From Candidatus Eiseniibacteriota bacterium (GTDB lineage Bacteria > Eisenbacteria > RBG-16-71-46), in contig CAVUWA010000001.1 in NCBI GenBank assembly GCA_963744995.1, positions 96,001-160,000 of the forward strand: a stretch of DNA of 64,000 nt, in the 5' to 3' direction. The notes under the pieces are model-generated. The model was not told the origin of the DNA and did not search any database. It saw only the letters and a program-made list of their open reading frames with translations. This document shows, in pieces, positions 33,401 to 42,075 of the stretch. Made by a program: the position numbers and the translations under genes. Numbering within the stretch: position 1 is the first letter of the stretch; every line of letters starts with the position of its first letter.

Positions 33401-33689
33401 TGGGTTCACCGACCGCCACCTCGCCCACCTCGGGACGGGTGATCACCGCCCCGGAGTCCGCGTCGAGCTCGACCCGCAGGCGGCGCGGGTCGAACGTGAA
33501 CACCAGAGACGGCGGCCCCGGAGTCAGGTCCTCGAGGCCGGCGCGGACGAAGGCGCTCTCCACGGCCAGCAGCGAGGGGGTCTTCCAGACCGGCGGAATG
33601 GTGTCCCGCGGGGCCGCGGCATGCGAGGACCCGAAGAACGGGAAGCTGACGAGCAGCGCGAACGCCGCAGGGGTGAGCGGATCGAACAT
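27486..33689 (-). CDS. sprA: SprA/Sov-like type IX secretion translocon
   Basis: 2067 aa; MQQDLNINLEGQLSDRI, IKINYKGDEDDLVQSLDLGN, NEGLFG, DYDIDYDLG, IGEEP, VYVDDMEG, IDIGTVSED, WRRYRIP, LWFNELR; beta-strand-rich C-terminus ending in F. Confidence 0.88.
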   Translation of the reverse strand: MFDPLTPAAFALLVSFPFFGSSHAAAPRDTIPPVWKTPSLLAVESAFVRAGLEDLTPGPPSLVFTFDPRRLRVELDADSGAVITRPEVGEVAVGEPTRLSLTAYGRQLTWRNFREKWEAKSRGSVNSLGAATPRGPSGQGLSFNLPSPLPPRIQSLLGPGGPALNVSGSEVIRLSGQSNWTNQQASQLGQKQSLFPSLNMQQDLNINLEGQLSDRIKVNLLQQSANPIPLSNRIKINYKGDEDDLVQSLDLGNTNLTLPNTQYVSYSGRNEGLFGAKLGTRVGPLDLTVLASKQEGRSERGSYTGGASKQTQTLADLDYVPGVYFMLYDPNRYGTLEIDESSIHLYLDDYNSGNDQNAFRGRAFPDPIAAQAAADSADTVSVRGTFTELQPGDDLDYQVLNDIYGPYFKVIRLRRPVSGEQRLAVAFKARRVLNGAATGDLIDFGSPDLVTDVNGEQVRKLELLRPNVKALKFSGADYDTNDVFTRVRDLELKNFYQLAGQNIDPATFKLTIRRGTDQPPLTVVEKPDGTTVPYIEILGLDSIDESGGTPVFGSHDNEVDGTRAAATADQFGGTVRALVDFANGTLFFPDLRPFAPRIGAGGTPFEQVLSGTVSRRETLTGPAGSETAPNPNVYDKYNIQRKLDAVYYMDIEFTAARASGTITLGRGNILEGSDVVTINGQALARGQDYDIDYDLGRVTLKRQLGPADNLNVDYSYAPLFQSAGRTLLGSAFSWQGRDKSLGGAFMYESKGAQDLRPRIGEEPSRSLIGDLNTAFTLRPDWVTRMVDRLPGVRTTTPSELNVQAEVGASFPNPNTRNEVYVDDMEGVRDAVSLQLNAEHWWLSSVPSRKVGGINTLYTSLPSWSKAELHWYTPNSTIKEGDLKPNLTDAQGRQNPRQTLALSVPRRPVTKPASDSLWAGITYLIDPYGYDLSRAQYIDLWVDDFRDYHSGVLKPLIRGHHVQLHIDIGTVSEDQMRAPDLPPNGLLDREDQNQDNQLTVTDEFDEDTGLDGLHDQPKGDQKGSEADSVVTPLDLVTATATDPSGDDYPQKNPVNDSYKDIDPRRWVRTNGTEGNKTLRPIPDTEDLNLNTNLDTQEDYYEYTIDLGDENHPWLLTDVYRDFPGQSVDNGWRRYRIPIADSLVVKFGNPNLVLTQHARIWVSGLIDPDPDPVQTSDGPVQRPPLLIGGLDIVGSRWQLSDFDSSLIVNGTTATLNAVNTIDNAEIYTPPFDPGETRSGSQELSRREQSISLEFTRLGASDTLEAFKNFSVDEDYTRYGKLSWYAAAFRVQGYDANVDSLQYYIRFASDDIGNNYYEYRAPLPPSSLPLAIQWRRVDLALTDLSNLKLEPDFPKTQTIFYQAPGRNPGEVYTVKGRPSFTRLRRVSFGIINGHRDPSRVFDSGQLWFNELRAIDVDKSSGHAQRVSVNGRFANLLNYNVNWNGRDANFITVGQSVGAGSSNDQLSFGSSLDLHRFFEGTGIILPVRYQFNRNTTTPRFTAGDDVVRTGAAAAASRSQSETRTWSTNYSRSWSDRSNPFLRYTIGGISASATRTENKDSNPTSVGSGTSFAGQVTYNVSLRKLLTFHVPGTRINLFPLPDNAFWNYSVNTSHRVIYDRLQDSTGTLRERSRVDGRQATISFGMTSRPFDLLSHQIQGTRNLTLRDDLLERVGFINLGRVVNWRQSFNSHYQLRGGPWLQPALSWNSNYVQNNGPELSEDLGVRAVNNNQSYTANWTLPLDQLARAPRPTPADSSGGGGPSIWRQLLGRLGALSTDASYSQNSAYSRLTGTPQFLYLTGLSSDPGLNADGTGRVQATLGNQALTASNWRTSARGSMKLPAGSVLSSRFELTSRESDANGVTRRTTSSRFPDIDVQYGNIARVIGLDRFLNNPRLRTSYNRSRSTDYVNSADPTGISTSSQWQPLLSVNGELKNGTRAELKVERRVTERENLQNGRSVTTDRNTDVNLNLNRTYSKGQKVTVLGRETTIRQTVTLGLSAVYSRRSGETIQESLARPQLVIEEDRLSVNANGSYGFSQNVNGGVTIGFGQTRDLQRKIVRRNVRVEMRASLTF

Positions 33690-33740
33690 GGAGTCCCTGA
33701 AAACGCAATGCGCCTCCGGCAGGGGAGGCGACGGGATCGG

Positions 33741-33769
33741 ACCCTATCAGGCTAGTTTCCAGTGGTCAA
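33741..33769 (-). promoter_or_regulatory. Putative sigma-70 promoter of sprA
   Basis: TTGACC-N17-TAGGGT with an extended -10 TG. Confidence 0.55.
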
Positions 33770-33826
33770 AGCGCTTAGAGGTGTTTTCAATCGCGCGGGG
33801 CCGATCGCATGGGGTAGTCTGCTGCC

Positions 33827-35215
33827 GTGCGCATTCTCCATTCCTACATCCTCAGGCAGCACCTGGTTCCATTCCTCCTTGGTTTCGGCGTCGTGACGTT
33901 CATTCTTGAAATGGACGTGCTGTTCGACTACCTCGATCTGGTGGTGAATCGGGGTGTTTCCCCCCTGATCGTCCTGCAGCTGTTCGGGCTGTCCCTGGGC
34001 TATATCGTGGCCCTGTCGGTCCCCTGCGCGGTGCTGGTCGCCTCGCTGATGACCTTCGGCCGCCTCTCCCAGGACAACGAGATCACGGCGCTCCGGGCGA
34101 GCGGGGTCAACCTGCTCCACGCCATGGTCGGGCCGCTGGTCGCCTCGGTCGTGCTGGCGGCCGGTCTCACGCTGTTCAACAACCATGTCCTGCCCGAGAC
34201 CAATCACGCGTTCGCGAACCTGCTGATCGACATCGGCCGCATGCGCCCCACGGTCAAGCTGCAGGAGGGCGTGTTCATCACCGACTTTCCCGGCTACACG
34301 CTGCTGGTCCAGTCCGTGAACGGGCGCACCAACGAGATGCGCGGCGTGACGATCTACCAGATGAACCCGGGCGGGCCGCCCACGACGATCATCGCCGAGC
34401 GCGGCTTCCTGTCGTATTCGCGCAACGGGCGCGACGCGGTGCTGGAGCTCGAGAACGGCGAGATTCACGAGATCCCGCCCGACGACGAAGGCGCCGCGCG
34501 CTACCGGCGACTGGTGTTCAAGAAGCACACGATCAACATCGCCGGCGCCGGCGGGATGCTCGAGCGCACCGTGCGCAACTCGCGCAGCGACCGCGAGATG
34601 AGCGCGCAGGATCTCATGAGCGAGCGCGACTCGGTGGTGGCGCAGTACGCGATGGCGACCCGGGACCGCCGCAGGCGACTCGTGGCCGCCGGCGTGCCGG
34701 CGAGGGACCTCGAGCTGCTCACGCCCGAGACGCGGCCGTTCATGGAGCGGGTACGCGGACTGTTCGCCTCCTGGACCAGGCATCCCGACGGCCTCGACCG
34801 CCTCGAGGAAGAGCGGCCCGACCTCACCCCGCAGATCGAGCTCTGGCGTCGCGAGCGCGACGGCTACCGGCGCCGGATCGCCGGACTGTCGGTCGAGGTC
34901 CACAAGAAGTTCTCGCTGCCGGCGGCGTGCGTGGTGTTCGTCCTGCTCGGCACCCCGATCGGCATGCGCGTGCGGCGTGCCGGGCCGGCCGTCGCATTCG
35001 TGTCGGTGGCGTTCTTCCTGTTCTACTACCTGTGCCTGATCGGCGGCGAGGAGCTGGCGAACCGCCTGCTGTTCGTGCCGTGGCTCGCGATGTGGCTGCC
35101 GAACATCGTGCTCGGCGCCTGGGGCATCCTGTGGACGCTGCAGGCGTGCGAAGTCCGCATCGGCCCGCGCCGCGCGCACGCGCGCCCGCCGCGCGCCGTG
35201 GTCGCGACCCCGTGA
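33827..35215 (+). CDS. lptF: LPS export permease, LptF/LptG family (first of pair)
   Basis: TFGRLSQDNEITALRASGV, REMS, VEVHKKFSLP, MWLPN. Confidence 0.88.
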   Translation: MRILHSYILRQHLVPFLLGFGVVTFILEMDVLFDYLDLVVNRGVSPLIVLQLFGLSLGYIVALSVPCAVLVASLMTFGRLSQDNEITALRASGVNLLHAMVGPLVASVVLAAGLTLFNNHVLPETNHAFANLLIDIGRMRPTVKLQEGVFITDFPGYTLLVQSVNGRTNEMRGVTIYQMNPGGPPTTIIAERGFLSYSRNGRDAVLELENGEIHEIPPDDEGAARYRRLVFKKHTINIAGAGGMLERTVRNSRSDREMSAQDLMSERDSVVAQYAMATRDRRRRLVAAGVPARDLELLTPETRPFMERVRGLFASWTRHPDGLDRLEEERPDLTPQIELWRRERDGYRRRIAGLSVEVHKKFSLPAACVVFVLLGTPIGMRVRRAGPAVAFVSVAFFLFYYLCLIGGEELANRLLFVPWLAMWLPNIVLGAWGILWTLQACEVRIGPRRAHARPPRAVVATP

Positions 35216-36291
35216 AACAGCTCGACCGCTACGTCCTGCGCGAATTCCTGGGCTACGTGCTGCTCGGGTTGTCCGGCTTCATCGTGATCTTCGTCGTCGT
35301 CGACGTGTTCGAGAAGATCAGCGTGTTCCTCGATCACCAGGCGCCGCTGGGCACGGTGGCGCGGTTCTACATGAGTCTGGCGCCCCAGGTGATCGTCCAG
35401 GTGCTGCCGGTGGCGCTGCTGCTCGCCACGTTCCTGGCGCTCGGGCAGCTCAACAAGTTCGGCGAGCTCACGGCGATGCGTGCCGCGGGGGTGTCGCTGA
35501 TGCGCATCCTGCGCCCGGTGTTCTGGGTCGCGATCCTCGCCACGCTGGTCTCCCTCCTGCTCGGAGAGTTCGTGGTTCCGGGCGCCAATCGCGAGCGCGA
35601 CCACATCTACGACGAGCAGATTCAGCGCATTCAGCGCCCGACGGTGAACGAGCGCGCCGATCTCACCTACCTCGGCGAGGGCGGGCGGATCTTCTACATC
35701 CGCCTCTACCTCGTGGACGAGCAGCGCATGCACGAGGTCAGCCTGCAGCAGTTCAAGGACGGCGAGCTGGTGCGCCGCATCGACGCGGCCGAGGCGTCCT
35801 GGGACGGGACCCAGTGGGTGTTCACGTCCGGGTACGAGCGCACCTTCAGGAACGGCAAGGAGACGGCGAAGGAGTTCAGCACGCTGGCGGTCCCCGAGAT
35901 CGCCGAGCGCCCCGCCGACTTCGCCAAGGACGTCCGCAAGCCGGACGAAATGAACTACCTGGAGCTGCACCGTTACGTGCAGAAGCTCAGGGCCAGCGGC
36001 GCGCGCGTCGCCAACTACCTCGTGGACCTGCACGTGAAGCTGTCGTTCCCGCTCATCAACTTCATCGTCGTGCTGATCGGCGCGTCGCTGGCGACGCGGC
36101 TACGCATGCAGAGCGCCGCGCTCGGCTTCGGCCTCTCGGTCGCGATCTCGTTCATCTACTACGCGTTCATGCGCGCCGGGCAGGCCCTCGGCCACAATGG
36201 CGCGCTGCCGCCGTATCTCGCCGCCTGGCTCGGCGACATCGTCTTCGGTGCGGTCGGCGTCGTGATGCTGTTCCAGGCCCAGCGCCGCTGA
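35212..36291 (+). CDS. lptG: LPS export permease, LptF/LptG family (second of pair)
   Basis: KQLDRYVLREF, ELTAMRAAGVS, PDEMNYLEL, KLSFP, LPPYLAAWL; GTGA overlap with the upstream gene. Confidence 0.88.
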   Translation: MKQLDRYVLREFLGYVLLGLSGFIVIFVVVDVFEKISVFLDHQAPLGTVARFYMSLAPQVIVQVLPVALLLATFLALGQLNKFGELTAMRAAGVSLMRILRPVFWVAILATLVSLLLGEFVVPGANRERDHIYDEQIQRIQRPTVNERADLTYLGEGGRIFYIRLYLVDEQRMHEVSLQQFKDGELVRRIDAAEASWDGTQWVFTSGYERTFRNGKETAKEFSTLAVPEIAERPADFAKDVRKPDEMNYLELHRYVQKLRASGARVANYLVDLHVKLSFPLINFIVVLIGASLATRLRMQSAALGFGLSVAISFIYYAFMRAGQALGHNGALPPYLAAWLGDIVFGAVGVVMLFQAQRR

Positions 36292-36314
36292 AGCGGGCCG
36301 CTCACGGCCGGACC

Positions 36315-37004
36315 CTAGAGCGCGAACGCGCGGCCCACCGCGTCCAGGCGGCCGCAGAACTCCAGGTCGCGCACCCATGCCGGGCCGAGCGCCACCAGCT
36401 CGCGCGCGTGCGGGCAGCCGGCCACCAGCGCGCGGATCCCGGCCGCATCGGCGGGGGCCAGGTGCCGTGCGAAGCGCGCGCCGGGTCCCTCGAGCACCGC
36501 ACCGCGCGCTTCGAGTGCGGCGCACAGCCACCCGGCGCACGCCGCGTCCTCGAGCGCGGGCCGCCCGAGCTTGCCGGCACACACCACCGTGACGTGCGAT
36601 CGCGCGGCGACCGCGTCCACGACGGCGCTCGCGTTCACGAACGCGCCGAGCCAGCGCCGGCGCGCGCGCGCCGCGGCGATCATGGCCAGCGAGCCGTTGG
36701 TCGAAGCGAACACCAGCGCCCGGCCGCCGACCCGCGCGGCGTCGTATTCGAGCGGCGAATTGCCCAGATCGAAACCCTCGACCCGGCGGCCGCCGCGCTC
36801 GCCGCAGGCGAGCGCCCCGGGCTGCGCCGCGCGCCGCGCCAGCGCCGCCGCCGGCGACCCCACCGGCGTCACCGGACCGGCGCCGTGCGCGAGCGCCACG
36901 GTGAGCGTGGTGGTCGCGCGCAGCACGTCGATCACGATCGCCTCGGTGCCGGGCGCGAGCGCGGCGGCATCCGGCACGAGCTGCACGATGACCGCGCCCC
37001 TCAC
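36315..37004 (-). CDS. comB: 2-phosphosulfolactate phosphatase family protein
   Basis: VIDVLRATTT, GERGG, GFDLGNSP, STNGS, VCAG, EDAACAG. Confidence 0.9.
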   Translation of the reverse strand: MRGAVIVQLVPDAAALAPGTEAIVIDVLRATTTLTVALAHGAGPVTPVGSPAAALARRAAQPGALACGERGGRRVEGFDLGNSPLEYDAARVGGRALVFASTNGSLAMIAAARARRRWLGAFVNASAVVDAVAARSHVTVVCAGKLGRPALEDAACAGWLCAALEARGAVLEGPGARFARHLAPADAAGIRALVAGCPHARELVALGPAWVRDLEFCGRLDAVGRAFAL

Positions 37005-37067
37005 CGGCGGCGCACCGCACGGACGGGCCGGACCGGGGCCGCGGTCATGCGCATCGGGTCCGTGACG

Positions 37068-38453
37068 TCAGGCCTTGGCGGCGGGCTCGGGCTTGCCGCC
37101 CCTGCGGTGCGAGTGACCGAGCAGCTCCGCCACGAAGCGGGTGTCGATGTCGCCCTTCTGGAACCGCTCGGACGCGATCGCCAGGCGGTGGAACGGAATG
37201 GTCGTCTTCACGCCTTCGACGATCATCTCGTCGAGCGCGATCTCCATGCGGCGCAGCGCCTCGGCGCGTGTCGCGCCGGTGGTGATCAGCTTGCCGATCA
37301 TGGAATCGTAGAACGGCGGCACCGTGTAGCCCGCGTAGGCATGGCTGTCGACGCGCACGCCCGGCCCGCCCGGTTTGTACCAGTAGGAGATCAGTCCCGG
37401 GCTCGGGCGGAAGCCGTGTTCGTAGTCCTCGGCGTTGATGCGGCATTCGAGCGCGTGGCCGGTCCAGCGGATCTCCTCCTGCTTGCGCGACAGCTTCTCG
37501 CCCGCCGCGACGCGGATCTGCTCCTTCACGAGGTCCATGCCGGTGACCTCCTCCGTCACCGGGTGCTCGACCTGGATGCGCGTGTTCATCTCCATGAAGT
37601 AGAACGAGCCGTCCTCGTCGAACAGGAACTCCATGGTCCCGGCGTTCAGGTAGCCGATGGACGCGGCGCCCTTCGCCGCCATCCCGCCGACCCGGACGCG
37701 GTCTTCGGGCGACAGGAAAGGGCTCGGCGACTCCTCGATCAGTTTCTGGTGGTTACGCTGCACCGAGCACTCCCGCTCGCCCAGGTGGACCAGGTTGCCG
37801 TGCGAGTCGCCGAACAGCTGGAACTCGATGTGACGCGGGCGCGCGATGTACTTCTCGAGGTATACCGCGTCGTTGCCGAACGCCGCCCCGGCCTCGGCCT
37901 GCGCGATGCCGAACCCGCCGCGCAGCTCGGACTCGTCCCAGGCGATGCGCATGCCGCGCCCGCCCCCGCCGGCCGAGGCCTTGATGATCACCGGAAAGCC
38001 GATCGACTTCGCCAGCGCCAGGGCCGCGTCGTAGTCCTCGAGCGGGCCGTCGCTGCCGGGCACCACGGGCAGCCCGGCCGCCTGCATCGTCTGACGCGCG
38101 ACCGCCTTGTCGCCCATGCGCCGGATCATCTCGGGGGTCGGACCGATGAACGTGAACCCGCACGACGCGGCGACCTCGGCGAAGTGCGCGTTCTCGGACA
38201 GAAACCCGTAGCCGGGGTGGATCGCGTCGGCGCCGGTGACTTCCGCCGCGGAGATGATGCGCGGGACGTGGTTGTAGGACTGCGCCGGGGCGGGCGGACC
38301 GATGCAGACCGACTCGTCGGCGAGCCGGACGTGCAGACTGTCGCGGTCGGCTTCGCTGAACACGGCCACGGTGGGAATCTTCAGTTCACGGCAGGCACGG
38401 ATCACTCGAAGCGCGATTTCGCCTCGATTGGCCACGAGCACTTTTCGGAACAT
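37068..38453 (-). CDS. accC: Acetyl-CoA carboxylase, biotin carboxylase subunit
   Basis: [43 protein letters not shown]. Confidence 0.97.
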   Translation of the reverse strand: MFRKVLVANRGEIALRVIRACRELKIPTVAVFSEADRDSLHVRLADESVCIGPPAPAQSYNHVPRIISAAEVTGADAIHPGYGFLSENAHFAEVAASCGFTFIGPTPEMIRRMGDKAVARQTMQAAGLPVVPGSDGPLEDYDAALALAKSIGFPVIIKASAGGGGRGMRIAWDESELRGGFGIAQAEAGAAFGNDAVYLEKYIARPRHIEFQLFGDSHGNLVHLGERECSVQRNHQKLIEESPSPFLSPEDRVRVGGMAAKGAASIGYLNAGTMEFLFDEDGSFYFMEMNTRIQVEHPVTEEVTGMDLVKEQIRVAAGEKLSRKQEEIRWTGHALECRINAEDYEHGFRPSPGLISYWYKPGGPGVRVDSHAYAGYTVPPFYDSMIGKLITTGATRAEALRRMEIALDEMIVEGVKTTIPFHRLAIASERFQKGDIDTRFVAELLGHSHRRGGKPEPAAKA

Positions 38454-38642
38454 GCGCCTTGCGCCTCCACGACAGCCCTGGGTCCGCGCCCGACACCGCC
38501 TCTCCGCGCGGCGTGCGCGGCGACGGCGAAGCGGCGGGGAAGCGCCGCGACGAACCTGCGGCGGCATTCCCGCCGGCCGGAAAACGGCGGCGCCGCCAGG
38601 CGTTTCACGCCGGCGGCGCGCCGGGTTCGTGAAGCATGGAGG

Positions 38643-39851
38643 TCAGTCGCCGTTCATCCAGCCGGGTTTGCCCCCGGCGCCGGGCTGTGCGGGCGTGCTG
38701 CCCGCGCCCCCGGGGGCCGACGACCGGGAATCTACCCCGGACAGCTTGCCGTCGTCGACCGGCTGCCAGACGCGGTCCGAGGTCCCGGAGATGCCCTTCA
38801 GCTTGAGGGCCAGCTCGTTCGGGTTGGTCGCGTTGCGGAGCGCCTCCTCTTCCGTGATCAGGCCCTCCTTGAGCAGCCACATGACCGACTGGTCGAAGGT
38901 CTGCATGCCGTACTGGGTGACGCCCTCGGCCACGACGTCGCGGATCAGCGGCGTCTTGTCCGGATCGAGCACGTACTCCTTGATCGTCGGCGTCGAGACC
39001 ATGACTTCGACGGCCGGGACGCGGCCGGCGCCGTCCTTGCGCGCGATCAGGCGCTGCGACACGACCGCGCGGAGGTTCGAAGAGAGCGAGAGCCGCACTT
39101 CGTCGTGCTGGTGCGGCGGGTAGAACGAGATGACGCGCTGCAGCGTCTGGACCACGTCGGTGGTGTGCAGCGTGGACATCACCAGGTGGCCGGTGTCCGC
39201 CGCCATCAGCGCCGTGCTCATCGTTTCGTGGTCGCGGATCTCGCCCACGAGGATGATGTCCGGGTCCTGCCGCAGGACGTAGCGCAGACCGTCGTGGAAC
39301 GAGCGCGTGTCGAGCCCGACCTCGCGCTGATGGATGAACGACATCCGGTCGCGATGCAGGAACTCGATCGGATCCTCGACCGTGATCACGTTGCGGGTCG
39401 TGGTCTTGTTGAGCGCGTCGATCATCGCCGCCAGCGTCGTCGATTTGCCCGAGCCGGTGCGGCCCGTGACCAGAATCAGCCCGCGCGGCTCGAAGGCCAG
39501 TTCGCGCACCACCGCGGGCAGCGTGAGATCCTCGATGCTCGGGACCTCGACCGGCACGTGGCGGAGCGCGAGCGCCGGCGTGCCGCGCTGCATGAAGATG
39601 TTGGCGCGGAAGCGGGCGAGGCCCGACACGCCGAACGCGAAGTCGACCTCGTTGTGGGTGGTGAAGTAGAGGCGCTGCTCGTCGTTCAGCAGCTGCTGGC
39701 CGACGTCGCGCAGCTGCTGTGCCGAGGGCGGCGGCTCGTCGAGCGTGTAGAGCACGCCGTCGACGCGAACGACGGGAGGCGTGCCGGCCTTCAGATGGAG
39801 ATCGCTGGCGCGCGCCGCGATCATCTTCTCGAGCACGGTCCTGATGTTCAT
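38643..39851 (-). CDS. PilT/PilU family retraction ATPase
   Basis: ASDLHL, RFRANIF, GRTGSGKSTT, EDPIE, QREVG, RQDPDIILVGEIRD, STLHT, GMQTFDQ. Confidence 0.93.
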   Translation of the reverse strand: MNIRTVLEKMIAARASDLHLKAGTPPVVRVDGVLYTLDEPPPSAQQLRDVGQQLLNDEQRLYFTTHNEVDFAFGVSGLARFRANIFMQRGTPALALRHVPVEVPSIEDLTLPAVVRELAFEPRGLILVTGRTGSGKSTTLAAMIDALNKTTTRNVITVEDPIEFLHRDRMSFIHQREVGLDTRSFHDGLRYVLRQDPDIILVGEIRDHETMSTALMAADTGHLVMSTLHTTDVVQTLQRVISFYPPHQHDEVRLSLSSNLRAVVSQRLIARKDGAGRVPAVEVMVSTPTIKEYVLDPDKTPLIRDVVAEGVTQYGMQTFDQSVMWLLKEGLITEEEALRNATNPNELALKLKGISGTSDRVWQPVDDGKLSGVDSRSSAPGGAGSTPAQPGAGGKPGWMNGD

Positions 39852-39907
39852 GCCGCTCCTCATTCCTGTCGCTGCGACCCTGCCGGGACGCGCGACGGAG
39901 GAGCGGA

Positions 39908-40474
39908 TCAGGGCTCGATCAGAAACAGCTTCTGGCCGAACTCCACCGGCTGCGCGTTCTCGACGAGAATCTGGACCACCCGCCCCCTGACGTCCGATTC
40001 GATCTCGTTCATCAGCTTCATGGCTTCGATGATGCAGACGGTCTGCCCCATCTCCACCGAGTCGCCAGGCTCGAGGTAGGGATCCGCATCGGGCGCGGGC
40101 GCCCGGTAGAAGGTCCCCACCATCGGCGAGGTGATCGCGACGTACCGATCGGAGGTCTCGGCCGGCGGCGCGCCCTGCGGCGCTTCGCCCGCCGGCGCAG
40201 CGGGGGGCGCGCCATGGGGGCTCACTGGCGTCACCGGATGTCCGCCTGCCGGCACGACCGAGACGCCGGCCTGCGCCGAGATCCGTACGGCCTTGCCCGC
40301 CGCCGTGATCTCCAGCTCACCGATACCGGTGCTGCGGACCAGGCGGATCAGGCGCCGGAGCTCGGCGAGACCGATGCCTTCCAGTACGTCGTCGGAGCGG
40401 TTATCGGCGCGCGGCGGTCGCGGCTTCACTGCTTTGCCGGCCGCCTTCTTCGCGGCTTTCTTACGCCTGGCCAC
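39908..40474 (-). CDS. accB: Biotin carboxyl carrier protein
   Basis: [30 protein letters not shown]. Confidence 0.96.
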   Translation of the reverse strand: MARRKKAAKKAAGKAVKPRPPRADNRSDDVLEGIGLAELRRLIRLVRSTGIGELEITAAGKAVRISAQAGVSVVPAGGHPVTPVSPHGAPPAAPAGEAPQGAPPAETSDRYVAITSPMVGTFYRAPAPDADPYLEPGDSVEMGQTVCIIEAMKLMNEIESDVRGRVVQILVENAQPVEFGQKLFLIEP

Positions 40475-40907
40475 GGGAGAGATGTCCGTGAAGCGCCCGC
40501 AGGGCGAGCAGGTAGCTGTCGGCGCCGAACCCCTGGATCACTCCGAGGACGACAGCCGACACGTACGAGGTATGCCGGAACGACTCACGGGCATGCGGGT
40601 TGGACACGTGCACCTCGATCACGGGCAGGCGCGTGGCGGCGATCGCGTCTCGCAACGCCACGCTGGTGTGGGTGAGCGCCCCGGGGTTCATGAGCACGCC
40701 GTCCATCCTTCCCCGGGCGCCGTACAGCGCGTCGATCAGCACTCCTTCGTGCTGGCTTTGCAGGCTTTCGATCCGGCAGCCCAGCTCGGTGGCGAGCTGT
40801 TCGAGGCGGCGATGCACGTCGTCGAGCGTCGCGCCCCCATAGACGTCGGGCTCGCGGGTCCCCAGCGCATTCAGATTCGGTCCGTGGAGGACGAGGATGC
40901 GATGCAT
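40461..40907 (-). CDS. aroQ: Type II 3-dehydroquinate dehydratase
   Basis: [41 protein letters not shown]. Confidence 0.96.
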   Translation of the reverse strand: MHRILVLHGPNLNALGTREPDVYGGATLDDVHRRLEQLATELGCRIESLQSQHEGVLIDALYGARGRMDGVLMNPGALTHTSVALRDAIAATRLPVIEVHVSNPHARESFRHTSYVSAVVLGVIQGFGADSYLLALRALHGHLSRGQA

Positions 40908-40933
40908 CGGGCCTCGCTGGCGTTCGAATCGCA

Positions 40934-42034
40934 TCAGCGCCGGGCCCCTGCTTCGATCAGCGCGGATCGAACCAGGCGACCGGACATCAGGCGCGGCAAG
41001 CTAGCATGGCCGATTCGGGGCGTCAACACCCAGCGCACGCCGCCGGCGCCGCGCTTCTTGTCGACGCGCATCGCGCGCTCGAGCGCGGCGATCGTGACCG
41101 GCGGCATCGTGCGCGGCAGCCCGAGCGCATCGAGCATGGCGACGAGCCGCGCGCGCGCTGCCTCCGCGAGGCCCGCTTCGCGCACCGAGAGGCGGGCGGC
41201 GATGCGCATGCCGATCGCCACCGCCTCGCCGTGTCGGAGACCCCGGTAGCCGAGCGCGGCTTCGAGCGCGTGTCCGGCGGTATGACCGAAGTTGAGCGCC
41301 GTGCGGCGCCCGGCCTCGCGCTCGTCGGCCGTGACGATGCGCGCCTTCGCGCGCACCGAGCGTTCGATCGCCTCGGCGAGCGCCCGCGTCTCGCCGGCCG
41401 CGAGTGCCGCGAGATGCGCCTCGAGCCAGCGGAACAGCGCCGCGTCCACCGCCATGCCGGTCTTGACGACCTCGGCGAGCCCCGCGCGGCGTTCGCGCGG
41501 GGCAAGCGTGGCGAGCGTCGCCGGGTCGATCAGCACGAGCGCGGGCTGATGGAACGCCCCCGCGAGATTCTTGCCGGCGGGAAGATCGAGCGCGGTCTTG
41601 CCGCCGACGCTGCTGTCGACCTGGGCCAGCACCGTCGTCGGCACGCAGGCCCACGTCACGCCGCGCAGCCAGGTCGCCGCCGCGAAGCCGGCCAGATCGC
41701 CCACGACTCCGCCGCCGAGCGCCACGATCGCGTCGCCTCTGCCGATGCCGGCCGCAGCCGCGGCCTCCCAGATCCGTTCCAGGTGGCGGGTGCGTTTCGC
41801 GGCTTCGCCGCGCGGCACGCGCACCGCGTGCACGGCGATCCCCGCACGGGCGAGCGAGCGGCGCGCGCGCGCGCCGTAGAGACGGTCGACGCGCGCGTCG
41901 GTCACGATCAGCGCGCGCGCGGGATCGACGAGGCGGGCGAGCCGCGGTCCGAGTCGATCGAGCGCGCCGGACTCGATCCGGATCTTGGAGGCGGCGGGAC
42001 GGCCGCGGTAGCGCAGGGGGAGCAGGCGTGGCAC
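40934..42034 (-). CDS. aroB: 3-dehydroquinate synthase
   Basis: [57 protein letters not shown]. Confidence 0.96.
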   Translation of the reverse strand: MPRLLPLRYRGRPAASKIRIESGALDRLGPRLARLVDPARALIVTDARVDRLYGARARRSLARAGIAVHAVRVPRGEAAKRTRHLERIWEAAAAAGIGRGDAIVALGGGVVGDLAGFAAATWLRGVTWACVPTTVLAQVDSSVGGKTALDLPAGKNLAGAFHQPALVLIDPATLATLAPRERRAGLAEVVKTGMAVDAALFRWLEAHLAALAAGETRALAEAIERSVRAKARIVTADEREAGRRTALNFGHTAGHALEAALGYRGLRHGEAVAIGMRIAARLSVREAGLAEAARARLVAMLDALGLPRTMPPVTIAALERAMRVDKKRGAGGVRWVLTPRIGHASLPRLMSGRLVRSALIEAGARR

Positions 42035-42075
42035 GGCGGGCAGTATAGCGCCCCCGCGCGCGGGGAGCGCGGACC

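Noticed and set aside
29277..33755. 1492-aa ORF on the plus strand
   Set aside because: Antisense shadow of sprA; no motifs; expected from high-GC codon bias
35814..40079. 1421-aa ORF on the plus strand
   Set aside because: Off-frame to lptG and antisense to comB, accC and pilT; shadow ORF
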